A program made the position numbers and the translations under genes. From Carcharhinus longimanus (Eukaryota): a DNA stretch of 64,000 nt. Of this stretch, positions 24,477 to 36,180 are shown piece by piece. Position 1 is the first letter of the stretch. Each line of letters begins with the position of its first letter. The stretch lies in NCBI GenBank assembly GCA_030264375.1, contig JASCQW010000142.1, positions 12,291,196-12,355,195 on the forward strand, in the 5' to 3' direction. A model generated the notes under the pieces. It searched no databases and was not told the origin of the DNA. It was given only the letters and a program-made list of their open reading frames with translations.

Positions 24477-24638
24477 TGGTCGGTGTTTGAGGTGTCCTTG
24501 GTAGATCAAGCTCTGTTGGATGAGTGTTTCTTGATATCATCATGGGCTCCTCAACAACGTTAATACTGTTACACTGCATGATCTCTTGGAGAAGGTTAAA
24601 AATCTCCTCAGCACGTGCACACTTGAAGGCAAAAATGC
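24477..24638 (-). CDS. FRS3: FRS3-like coding exon 3 (end of IRS-type PTB domain)
   Basis: ttctttctttgcag|GC...ACCA|gtgagt, 162 nt, phase 1 to 1. Reads GIFAFKCARAEEIFNLLQEIMQCNSINVVEEPMMISRNTHPTELDLPRTPQTPT. Confidence 0.95.
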
Positions 24639-24944
24639 CTGCAAAGAAAGAAATCAGTTGAGCGCAAATTGTGAAAATCAAAAATCCTGAAAGAGACACC
24701 AAGGAATGGATTACTGACATTTTATTCAATGAAATCCAGGACTGCTTTGATTGCCAGATCTCAAATAGTGAGCCAATCTACAGCTTTTGTCAAATTATTC
24801 TAATTTCATGCATCTTAAAGCTCAGCCGCTCATACCCAGTACTGAGTAACAAGAATAGTTGCATGCATCAAACACTGCCCTTAAGTGCTACAGCAATAAA
24901 GTAAGCTCTCAATTGTTCTGCTATATTTTCTCACTGCAAGATAG

Positions 24945-25282
24945 AAGTCTACAAGATTATGAGGGGATAATCAGAAGTTTTTTCCAGGGTGGAAGAGTCA
25001 GTTCCTAGGGTTTAAGGTGCGAGGGGCAAAGTTTAAAGGAGCTGTACGAGGCAAATCTTTTTAACACAGAGGGTGGTGGGTGCTTAGAACTCACAGAGAG
25101 ATAGTGGAAGCAGATACGATACTGACTTTTAAGGGGCGCCTTGCCAAATACGTGAATAGCACGAGTATAGAGGGGCATGACCCCTGGAAGAGTAGGGGGC
25201 TTTAGTTCAGTCGGGCAGCATCGTCGGTACAGGCTTGAAGGGCCGAAGGGCCTGTTTCTGCACTGTAATTTTCTTTGTTCTA
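24945..25282 (+). mobile_element. CR1 LINE 3' fragment
   Basis: atagaagtctacaagattatgagggg and ttttaacacagagggtggtggg motifs; tail ggccgaagggcctgtttctgcactgtaattttctttgttct. Confidence 0.85.
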
Positions 25283-26549
25283 AGATAAATCAGTGCTACA
25301 AGTTTTCCAGCAGTTACTTTTAGCAAGCAGTAGGTGGTGCAATGAAACTATTAATTAAAAATACAATGCAGCTCCCAGAATCAATTTTCGTTTAAGAGCA
25401 AAATTAATTTTAATCTTAACTAAAAAAAGAAACAGCTCAGTTAAATTGGGGGGGGGAGGGGGGGGGGGGTGTCTTTTCACTATTTAATTTGTGTTCTATA
25501 AATACTGCATTGAAGTATATTATTGAATGCTAGCTTTCTGCTAGAGAAACTTAGCTACGGTCACTCAGCACTTGACCCAACACTATCCCAGTGATTTAAG
25601 CTCTACTCCCACCTTATCAGAATACCATTTTATACTTCTGCCCATTTCCACCAAACTTTCCCTAAAACATATTACCTTGAGTTTGCATAGCAATGTGGAC
25701 AATCACCATCTGCTGGACTTTATTTCAGCCACTGAGAAAAATGTCTTTTCCTGGATTGGCTTCAAGCTTTATTCTCAGGTTTGCTTTGCCTTTCTGAAGA
25801 GATAGCTTGACAATTTGTGGGGTGGAAGAGGGTGCGAGGTTTTACCATTGACTGGCAGGAGTGATTATGTCAGCCCTACCATTCATGCTTTCTTGGTCTT
25901 TTTATTTTGTAGATTTGTTTGCCAGAGTTGACAAGACCTGCTCAACTTTTGGAAATTAACGTGTATTGATGAAGAAATGTGCCCCACGTACTAAATGGAG
26001 TAAGATGACTATATGATGGCTCAAACATTTGCTCTTGTTATTGTCTATAAGACAAAAGAAGTTGGGTCTCTGACTCCCCTATTTAGAATTTATTTATTAG
26101 TTACAAGTAGGATCACATTAACAATGCAATGAAGTTTGCTAAAGAATGGCTTAACATATGTCTGCCTCGCTTTCCACCAAGCCAGATGAAACAGCTAAGT
26201 ATGATGTGGCAGTTAAGTTTAAGTGGCACGCAACCAGTAGTTAGTCTTCCAAACGGAAATGTCGAATAAGTTTCAGGATTTTTACTTACATTTTGGGATT
26301 GCACTTCACGATTCCATTCATTTTTTTCATTTAAAAACAAAAACCCATAGCCCTTTCTATAAACGTACAAGTGTGTTACTCTTCCCCGTAATCAATTTTT
26401 TAAATTATATTGGATCCTTGTGATTTTCACAGGAGGTTCTGCTGCTCCAAGGATTCCTTTTAAACAAAAGCCACTTGCCTGAATTGCACAGGATTTGTTT
26501 AGTACATTTATAGAAAAGAATGAAGAACTTCTGTAATATTATACATTCC

Positions 26550-26810
26550 TTTATTTGTGTAACAAGTAGGCTCACATTAACACTGGAAAGAAGTTGCAGT
26601 GAAATCCCCTAGTCGCCACACTCCGGCATTTGTTTGGCTAATGAGCATGTCTTTTGGACTGTGGGAGGAAACTGGAGCACCTGGAGGAAACCTACGCAGA
26701 CACAGGGAGAATATGCAGACTCCACACAAAGCAGTGACCCAAGTCAGGAATCGAACCCAGGTCCCTAGCACTGTGAGTCAGCAGTGCTAACCATAGTGCC
26801 ACCGTGTTGC
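26550..26810 (-). mobile_element. V-SINE with alternative (non-CR1) tail
   Basis: HE1-like head and core, but the tail is aacttctttccagtgttaatgtgagcctacttgttacacaaataaa. Confidence 0.85.
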
Positions 26811-26848
26811 CCATACTAAACAGTTCAGTTGACAATTCAAAAACTAAC

Positions 26849-27035
26849 CTTGCCCAGTCTGACACCTTCTACCGCTCTCAAATGAGAAGAGGTTGGAGTC
26901 ATAACCATAGCGACGGAGACAGAGATACGGCCATCTCACCGCATCTCGTTTCCTGGTGTGCAAAATCAGCTCAGAGTTGGTCAATTCCATGATCCCAGAG
27001 CCCAGCTCATTACCATCATCATCGACGTTTGTCAC
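26849..27035 (-). CDS. FRS3: FRS3-like coding exon 2 (IRS-type PTB domain)
   Basis: tctctttcacag|GTG...CAAG|gttagt, 187 nt, phase 0 to 1. Reads VTNVDDDGNELGSGIMELTNSELILHTRKRDAVRWPYLCLRRYGYDSNLFSFESGRRCQTGQ. Confidence 0.96.
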
Positions 27036-27837
27036 CTGTGAAAGAGAGTATCATTGCGAAGATGCACTGTAAATTATGCTTTATCTAGTCTTTGTATCCA
27101 TGCAGTCAGCATTCATATCTATGACTACAGTATTCAGATTTACCTCTGTCACTTCCCTTCGTCACGTCATGTCATACTAAGCCACTTAAATGCTTGTCCA
27201 ACGTCAAACTGTGCACGAGTCAAATTTTCTGTTGCTGAACACAAGCAAAACCAAAGCCTATCAAACTTCTGCATTGTTGCTCATTAACTCAACTCCTTCC
27301 AAGATCCCCATTCAAGTTGAATCCCACACGTCTGACCTTGGTGCATTGGGAATACATCAACCAGAGCAAACTTGCCTTTTTTGAATTTAAACCAAAGACT
27401 GGGAGATAACTGTTCTGTGGCAAATTCTCCACAACAGTGTCTTAACCAGAGTTCGGCTGCCAACCAATCAACACTCTTTTCTCATGCATTAAGGTTCCTT
27501 GAAATTTGGTATTTTTGCATCAATCGTGATGAGTGCAAGATGAGAAGCTTCAACAGCTGGTCTTTTTTTTCAGCAATTTCTTTACTACCAAGTAACTGTT
27601 TTCCAGAACTTCATTCTCCATTGCATAAAATTTGTCTCCACAATTGGCCTGTCCTTGTTGAGCTCCACTGGTTTCCCATTTCATGGTAAACAAATTTCAA
27701 AAATATTTTGTGAGTTTACGCCTCATTCTATGGCCTTGCTCCTCTCTATGTAAACAAGTCAATTCTATGCCACTTCTTGCAAATCTAATCATCCAGTTCT
27801 GGCCTACTGTACCTTCACTTTACTGTACTGTACCTAC

Positions 27838-27910
27838 TTAACCTGGTGTTGAGAGACTTCTTACTGTGTTTACCCCAGTCCAACGTCAGCATCTCCACAT
27901 CATGGCTACT
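27838..27910 (+). mobile_element. Short Penelope-like terminal fragment
   Basis: aacctggtgttgagagacttcttactgtgttt is the near reverse complement of 43813-43845 (aaacaaagtaaaaagtctgacaacaccaggtt). Confidence 0.5.
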
Positions 27911-28852
27911 GTCCTTTCTCCAGCTCTACAGTGCATGGTAAGGCCCTCAACTGTCTTATTGTCACACACTGAGTCTGTATACCTTAATACCTAAAAAAAA
28001 GTCTCCTTAAAGCATATGTTCTCACCATTCTTTCAGAAGCAGCTCTTAATTTCTCTGCTACTCATTTTAAGACAACATTCCTAATAGCAAGGCATTTCTA
28101 CATTACAAACATTGACCTTGATTTTACAGTGATGAAAAGGGCAGAACTTGATCCCCAAAGAAAGCAGACCTCAAAAGATCTAGCGACCTTTATGGTGTGG
28201 ATATCATCTTTCCCAATATTAATTTGATTTTGACGTTATCTATAGGAGACCTCTGGCATCCAAAAGCAATCTCTTAGGGGCAGCAACAATGACATCATTA
28301 AGAAGGTTCATAGACAGCATGCCCGAAGGTAAAAAGCACCAATACTCCTTCCAGTCTTAAAGATTTTACGGAAGATGAAATAAAGATTAACACACAAGCA
28401 TGGGATTAGTCCGGAAATACCTTTAACAAACTTTAAAAATCTATGAACTTTATCATAATGGAGAAAATTTATATTTGATAATGCAGAACTAAACTTTTCA
28501 GGACCAGAGAGGTTTTTAAACAGTAATTGTGATGCAAGACAATGACAANNNNNNNNNNNNNNNNNNNNNNNNNNNNNNNNNNNNNNNNNNNNNNNNNNNN
28601 NNNNNNNNNNNNNNNNNNNNNNNNNNNNNNNNNNNNNNNNNNNNNNNNAAACAGTAATTGTGATGTAAGACAATGACAATGAAACCTTCTTCGACAAGGC
28701 ATAACTTTATCTATTAGTTCTGCTGTGAAACTTCTTGTGTGAAAGGCTGAGGTTCATGTCAAGTTACCAAGTTCCAGATGCACACCTTGGGCAGGGGCAG
28801 TCAAATCACTGACAACTTCTGGATTTCCACATTGAACGGTCTACATGCAGAT

Positions 28853-29193
28853 GCGGCACGGTGGCACAGTGGTTAGCACTGCTGCTTCACAGCTCCAGGG
28901 ACCTGGGTTCGATTCTTGGCTTGGGTCACTGTCTGTGGAGTTTGCACATTCTCTTTGTGTCTGCGTGGGTTTCCTTCGTGTGCTCCGGTTTCCTCCCACA
29001 GTCCAAAGATGTGTGGATTAGGTTGATTGGCCATGCTAAAAATTGCCTCTTAGGGTCATGAGATGCGTAGATTAGAGGGATTAGTGGGTAAATATGTAGG
29101 TTTATGGGGATAGGGCCTGGATAGGATTGTAGTCGGTGCAGATTTGATGGGCTGAATGGCCTCCTTCTGCACTGTAGGGTTTCTATGATTCTA
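28853..29193 (+). mobile_element. Full-length HE1-like V-SINE
   Basis: A box tggcacagtgg, B box gggttcgattc, V-domain core and CR1-derived tail ctgcactgtagggtttctatgattcta. Confidence 0.93.
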
Positions 29194-29519
29194 CAAGATG
29201 CTAAATGTTGCAGTCAGTTTCACAGAGTATGTGATGACAAGTACTGACAGTTTCATCATCAACACAACTGAAAAATCCAGGTCATTGTCCCAGGCATCCA
29301 AACCACAGCACCTTGTCCATGTGTAGCTGTAAACTGCAGCAATCTTGCGCTTCTGCTTCAATTGTGCTGGNNNNNNNNNNNNNNNNNNNNNNNNNNNNNN
29401 NNNNNNNNNNNNNNNNNNNNNNNNNNNNNNNNNNNNNNNNNNNNNNNNNNNNNNNNNNNNNNNNNNNNNNNNNNNNNNNNNNNNNNNNNNNNNNNNNNNN
29501 NNNNNNNNNNNNNNNNNNN

Positions 29520-29696
29520 ATGGGATATTTTACATCCACCTGAGCAGGCAGATGGTTTAACGTCTCAACTCAAAGACAGTACCACTTACAGTGCAGCACT
29601 ACTTCATTACACATGCTCGAGCACTGGAGTGGGAGCTGAACCAAGAGCCTGGTGATTCAGAGTCAAGAGTACTACCCACTGAGCCACAGCTGACAC
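29520..29696 (-). mobile_element. Deu-domain SINE (SacSINE1-like) fragment
   Basis: tRNA head gtgtcagctgtggctcagtgggtagtactcttgactctgaatca, followed by the Deu-like gagacgttaaacc..tcaggtggatgtaaaa. Confidence 0.65.
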
Positions 29697-30093
29697 AACA
29701 GCCACAGCTACTTACAACACCCAGACAATTCAGTTCTATTTCTTACTTGCTGATTTGTCCTTATAGCACATCTTTAGGCACATCAAATTCAAAGTTCTCA
29801 ATTAATGAGTAAATACCAAGTCAAAACACCAAATAGGTTAATATCTGATCAATGATCTATGCAAAAAGAGAACAACATACTTTCAGATTTGTGCCTAAGT
29901 GGCCCATATGAACAAAAAGCTTGGGCTTTCCAGCATTATGTAAAAGTCACTATTCTTATCGCAAATACAGTACAAAAATATTTAAAACTGCTCTGGCTTT
30001 TACAAGATGTTATTTCCTTCAGCTGAGGAAGGTTTCAACTAATTACAGTCAAACAACTAAATTGTTTTGAGTTGAGGGAAGTGAAAATGTTAC

Positions 30094-30159
30094 CTTGAAT
30101 TTCGTTGGGTGGTTGTCTGAGATTGTGTCTTTATCCAGACAGCTCCAGCAGCTCCCCAT
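30094..30159 (-). CDS. FRS3: FRS3-like coding exon 1 (start codon, N-myristoylation signal); exon probably begins at 30182
   Basis: Strong Kozak gaagccATGG; MGSCWSCLDKDTISDNHPTKFK; donor AAG|gtaaca; upstream acceptor ttgttttatttag|. Not reported in the supplied ORF track. Confidence 0.95.
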
Positions 30160-31075
30160 GGCTTCAGCAGACCAGCTGATCTCTAAATAAAACAAATTAA
30201 TGCAGACACAATTCAGCTCAGGAGCTCCACTCCATTGTAGAGACCATGTGTCAATACCAAAAAAAAGTTAACTGTTGAAGTACCAAATACAGATTTTGTA
30301 GTCATTCAGTTCTTGCACATTATAATGCAATTAATTTTTATAATTATGAGATATCTACTCTGCCCAGCAGAGATTTAACATTTAATACATTATAAGCATT
30401 CAATTACCTTTATACAATGGTTGTTCCTTTTTTCCTCTGGCTGATCCACACACTGTCTTCTTCTAATGCTGCTCTGAGTTATTAAGAGGTATAGTGGACC
30501 TCAAACTCCCCAAACTAAACAGTTTGCCTTCAATATGCCTCAAAAGCCCCCACAAGATTCATTCCTCTGAGTCACTGTTGAACTATCCTCTCTTCCACTC
30601 ACTCCCTCTCCTCTGTTGAACACCTCCCCCAACTGAGATTGGTTAAAGGAACAGAGATGATTTAATACCCCATACTGTTTTGCCTTACTGCTTCAATTCG
30701 CTTTTCTAAAGAGATGTACACAATCATCTTTATTATCACATAAAGTTTCATCATTTACACAATTATACATTGCAACAGGTATTTAAAACAGTTATTTTAC
30801 AATTTTCAATTGCACGTTCATTTGGTGTTTTACCTCTGATGTCACATTCCTGGTTTACACTTTAACTCATCCATTCACAGGACCTCAGAGCTGTAGAACA
30901 TTCAGCTCTTTCCTTCCTCCTGCAATTTGTAGAACTTCAGCAGGGGCAACAGCTAGCTGCCAATTTTTTATTATCTCACCACTTGGTGACCATTTTAAGG
31001 AATGGTAATAAAGAAAGTATTAACTATGCTTTGGGACATCCAGAAAGTTGCATTTTTATAGCAAGTTCCTTCGTA

Positions 31076-31398
31076 AGAATCATAGAATCCCTACAATGCT
31101 GAAGGAGACTATTCAGCCCATTGAGTCTGCACCAACGTACATCTTACTTGGGTCCGATCACCATAACTCCACGTAATTACCCCAGTAATCCCTCTAACCT
31201 AACATATTTGGACACTAAGGGACAATTGTGCATGGCCAATCCACCTAATCTGCACATCTTTGTACTGAGGAGGAAACCGGAGCACCTAGAGGAAATTCAC
31301 AGATACGGGGAGAAGGTGCAAACTCCACCGAGTCACCCAAGGCCAGAATCAAACCCAAGTCCCTACCGAGCATTGTGAGGCAGCGGTGCTAACCACTG
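31076..31398 (-). mobile_element. HE1-like V-SINE
   Basis: Reverse complement of the HE1 head, core and tail (agaatcatagaatccctaca...gctaaccactg). Confidence 0.88.
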
Positions 31399-31699
31399 GT
31401 ACTTGGCAATTTAATTTATAAAAGTCTCAGTTTTAAAATAATGAACATGCCTGCCTTGTTTCAAAAACGGATCTTAAAGTTTGGGTGTTTTGAATTCTTG
31501 AAAGATATTTTTGAAAGATACATTTTATTCTCTAATCCAGTTTCCATATTGAAGTGTTTATTCCTATTATTATGAGAAATGCACCATATCTGATCTTTCT
31601 AGCTAGCTCTGTGGTAAAATTAATTTACCTATTAATCTCATAACAATCACTCAACAGCCAGGCTTCTTCAAAAACAAAAACTAACTATAAAACTGGGCT

Positions 31700-32125
31700 T
31701 ATAAGAACATAAGAAATAGGAGCAGGAGTAGGCCATCTAGCCCCTCGAGCCTGCCCCACCATTCAACAAGATCATGNNNNNNNNNNNNNNNNNNNNNNNN
31801 NNNNNNNNNNNNNNNNNNNNNNNNNNNNNNNNNNNNNNNNNNNNNNNNNNNNNNNNNNNNNNNNNNNNNNNNNNNNTCTAGTAACAATAATGTCATTCAG
31901 GCCCTCCACTCGTACCATCTTTCCATCGCTAACACCCGGCAAATTATTCACGTGCTTCTCCGTGAAGACCGAAACAAAAAAGTTATTCAAGGTCTCAGCC
32001 ATTTCCCCATCCCCTACCACTAAGGAGGATGAGAGGGGGGACTAAGGGTCCAACATTCACCCTAGCCAGCCTCTTCCTTTTTATATATTTATAAAAATTC
32101 TTGCTATCCTTTTTTTATATTAAGC
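31700..32125 (-). mobile_element. Young CR1 LINE spanning an assembly gap
   Basis: Same tail as 19938; VVGDGEMAETLNNFFVSVFTEK motif. Confidence 0.85.
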
Positions 32126-32607
32126 GCTAGCCCAGCTTATCAAGTGGAACGTCAAAGCTTGTCAGCATACAATGCTTTCATGTTTCATAGTGTAACTACT
32201 CTAAACACCCTAAATCTCTCTCACATGCACCCCAAAAAAGAGGGAATTCTACCAAACGATTAAGTGTCAATGGTTGAAGGGAGAGGATAGATGGGGTCTA
32301 TGGCATCCAGATTAGTCAGTTGATTTCTCAGCACTGATCTGCAGAACAATCATTTGCCTCTTGCACTACTTTTCAGTTGGACTCGAGACTTGCAGGCAAT
32401 CAATTTCAGAACAACTCCCGGTTATTCCCTGCTTTGGAACTGTGTCAGGAGCTTCAGGACCTGGTGTGTTCTTAACCCCAGTAGCTGATAAAGCAAAACC
32501 AGTCGGCCAGCTGTCATGTACAGTTTTCCAGGCATTTTATTTTCATGCAAAGCCATAAACTACTTTTGTAAATAGTCCACCAGCTTCTTCAAAAACTGTT
32601 TCATTAC

Positions 32608-32766
32608 CTCTTCTTGTGAAATGATGTCTTTTCCAGGTACAGCACACCCAAAGTCCTTACATTGGTCCTTTAAAGGACATTGTCTTTTGAAAAGCACAAA
32701 TTCTTCCAGCATGTTCCTTGTCCTTGAAAATGAACCATTTTCTGTAGTTACAGTGTTCACGACGCA
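32608..32766 (-). other. Candidate 5'UTR exon of FRS3 containing upstream ATGs
   Basis: Donor GAG|gtaatg at 32608/32607 and a weak acceptor actacgttacag| at 32767, in non-repetitive sequence. There is no transcript evidence. Confidence 0.35.
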
Positions 32767-32864
32767 CTGTAACGTAGTAATTTGTCAACGGTCATAGCTA
32801 TTCCATTTCCAAAATGTACCCCATATTTATAAAATAAAACTTCTTGGGGGCTTACATCTAAAGG

Positions 32865-33248
32865 AATGAAGAGGTTCTGTTCACGACTTGAGTATATTGT
32901 CCAGATTACAATTCGGTGCAGTACTGAGGGAAGACTCCATTGTCACTGATGCCATCATTCAGATGTTTAGATTAAATGTTCAGTCAAGGTCCTGTCTCCA
33001 TGTTAAGGAGGACATTAAAGGTCACAAGGCACTATGTGAAAAAAATCATCCAGCTTCCCCATTATCCTGGCCAAAGTGCATTCAAGCAACATCACCAAAA
33101 AGTAAAACAGATTCGTAGTACGTGGGATCTCTTGTGCACAAATTGACTGCTGCAATAACAGTAGCAACAGTTCAAAATGTAATTAGTCCAAAGTACTTCG
33201 AGTTCTTTTATTAAATAAAGGGCACTTTATAAATTCTAGTTCCTTTTC
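32865..33248 (+). mobile_element. Decayed Deu-domain SINE (SacSINE1-like)
   Basis: gtgcagtactgagggaag, tcctggccaa and gtgcacaaattgactgc motifs, with an L2-like tail aaagggcactttataaattctag. Confidence 0.65.
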
Positions 33249-36024
33249 AGAACAAAAATGCAACAATGAGGGACTAGGTCACCACATACCCACTTACCTC
33301 AGCTGAAACTGGCAACAGGTGATAAACAATATGGGTATGTGGGTACTTACCTAGTCTTGGCCATTAGTGGGAAAGCTGCCTAGTCTCAGTTCCAGGTGCC
33401 TCTGCTTGGAGTCATGGTAAACAAACTCAAGCCATGGTCGAGCACTTGCCTCTTCAACCTAAAGGAAAGTATTACAGTGACTTAATCATCTGGTCAGGAT
33501 ATAATTCTCACCAAGGATATTTAATGTGGAGATATTAATCTCAAAATAAACAACTTTCTGCACCAGTTCCAAAATTTTTAAAGTGCAGCAGGCACAGACC
33601 TTCATACATTTAAACATATTATAAATAGCAGTAACTTTTTCAACTGTCCATTCTACTGTGAACATTTTTGTAAAAATCAATGAATTACAGATCTTGAACT
33701 GCACAGCCAAGCCCAATTATATCCTCACCCAATTTCTATGTGTATACCTTCCAGTCACAGTCACTCAACATTGAAGAATAATAACCCTTGCTGATATTTT
33801 TCTATCGTTGAAAAACAGTGTGATTGTAATGCCCTTGTCTGAAGTTGCCCTGATCCGTATAACTGGTTATCACACTGAAGTTTTACTGATGCTACAGGCC
33901 ACAAGTAGGGTGGGATGGGAGGGACTCAATGCATTGTAATACCTTGGTACATTCTATTTTGTAAATTCTTCAGCATCTGTCCAGACAATACATTCACAAT
34001 ATATACAGTGTATATTGAAAAGCAAATCCATCAGAAACCCATTTTAAGAAAACAGTGCACAAAATTGGAATTTTTGTTGTGGAGAAAAAACAAACGGAAT
34101 AGTAATGACTGAAAATCCCTAGAGTCTGGAACGTATAAAATGGAGATCACTGGAGTCTACTTAAAAAATACACTGTCCAATTCTGTCAAGAGCATGCAGT
34201 ACAGTATTGTGAACACTCAAGGGTTGCCACAGCACCCTGCAGATTATAGACAATGCTGAATACTTCTAGGTCTACTGTGATAGCACTTTTAAAAACTAAC
34301 TCAACAATGCAACATATAGAATCCTGGAGCGAGTGAATAACTGCATTATAATCTCAGTGCTTTGAGGTTTAGAAACCTATCAAGCATTTCTTCCTAAGTG
34401 CATATCAAATGCCAAATGAAAATTCACCCACAGATATTGATTATTCAACAGCATGCAGTGTTAAAAGTACCAATGACATTAACACCTTTAGATGTAGAAC
34501 TAACACACTCTGGTAGCAATGCTCTTGTGATTTTTCAATAAACCACCTTTTGCCACAAATGATTTTACAGTTTTTATTGGATGCAGAAGAAATAAGGGTA
34601 TATTTTTTAAAAAGGCGAGTGACAAAAAACGAAAAGAAGGAGTTGAGCACAAAGAATAAATGTTCAAAAACTATCACTGTTCTGCTGGATCCTCTATAGA
34701 GATTTAACAGAGCAGATTAAAGCCCTTCCAGTTTCTTTCAACTTGCTATTGCTTTTAATATGCAACATTTTCATTGCAAAGATTAATTAGCATAATTCCA
34801 GCCAAGTAAATACTAAGGCATAAATCATTCACATGCAGTAAATTATAAAGCAGGTTAGTACCACTGTCCGAACCACAGTACTCTTAGACGTTTGGTCACC
34901 AGAATGATGAGCGGAGGTACCTCAAGCAGAAATGCAAGTTTACAGAGAGAAATCAAAACAGCACTGCTCAAACTGATCACCACAGAACAGTTAAAGAAAC
35001 AGCTGGCAGCTTGGCTTCTTGGTCAAGCAAGGGAGTGGCACAGAGCTAATACACAAAATACATGAAAAAAGCAGAAAATAATAAGTACAATCAGCATTGT
35101 GGTGCAGTGAGTCGTGGGATGTGGGACTTGCATCACTTTGGAAGAGGAGACCGGAAGAAAAATCAGAGACCATGATGTCATCAAACCACTCTCTACAATG
35201 CCCTTGAGAGTGGTCCACTTTGGCAATGTCAGGGCCCCAGCAGATCAGCTACCAACCCTCTCAACCACAGACAGTATGCGGCCCAAGAAACAAAAGCAAA
35301 CAAAGAAAAAATTCTGAAGGGGGGAAAAAAGAAGTGTCAGCTGATGAATGGCTGAAGTATTTAACTCAAATTCAGTAAAATCAATGCTCTACCATAGAGG
35401 GTGCAACCAATACAATCAGTGTCACAGAAAACATGAAATGCCACAAAAATATAATTTTCACATAAGCAGCTATGAAGACTATAAATTTAATCCAGAAAAG
35501 GGGGAGGAAGAAGAGAACATGGGCCTCCTGATGATGTTAGTATTTCCCAGCATGTTGCTGGGATGCACGTGAAATAACGAGCCGAGTACAAGGGTACGAA
35601 TATAAGTGGAACCACTAACACAAATGAAGTGGGTTGCATCTTATTGTTGACGAGAACAATGTTGTTTTTTTCCAATTCCCACAATACTTTCAACAAAAGT
35701 TCAAAGTTACTCAAGTAGTATGGGCTCATTACCCAGTCCAATGCGTTTAAACTCAGTGCTGGACTTTTGGGAATATGCATTCCCATATAAAGAGGACAAT
35801 TTATATTATTGCTTCTTCTTATTGCAAGTACTTAATGAGGGGAAGTCTGTTGAAAGCTAATCAGGTGATATACGCCAGTGCTAATCGGCCCATTTAAATA
35901 AATATTCACGATGGCTTCAATTTCAAAAGGAATGAAGAATCGGAGCTGTCTGTTGGTTCTGATGTCAAATCAGAAGTGGCTTTTAAAATTTTAAAACAAT
36001 TGGATTAAAATCTTGGGATTTTCT

Positions 36025-36180
36025 CTGGAATTGCATTCCTAACAGCATCGTGGATGTACCTACACCAGGTGAACTGTGATGGTTCAAGAAAGCAGCTCAC
36101 CACCATCTTCTTAAGGGCAATTAGAGTGAACAATAAATTCTGGCTTTGCTGGTGACATACTCATCCTACAAGTGGATTTT
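36025..36180 (+). mobile_element. LINE ORF2 3' end sharing its tail with SINE family B
   Basis: Translates WNCIPNSIVDVPTPGEL*WFKKAAHHHLLKGN*, followed by agtgaacaataaattctggctttgctggtgac. Confidence 0.65.

Noticed and set aside
28518-28680. Direct repeat of ~30 bp either side of a 100-N gap
   Set aside because: Most simply a contig-overlap artefact; not a CRISPR or functional array.
28853-28925. tRNA-like A and B boxes (also at other SINE heads)
   Set aside because: They continue into SINE core and tail and do not form a complete cloverleaf.
2185-30159. Functional link between NPxY motifs in ERV gag and the neighbouring PTB-domain gene
   Set aside because: The ERV is dead and proximity gives no evidence of interaction; treated as coincidence.
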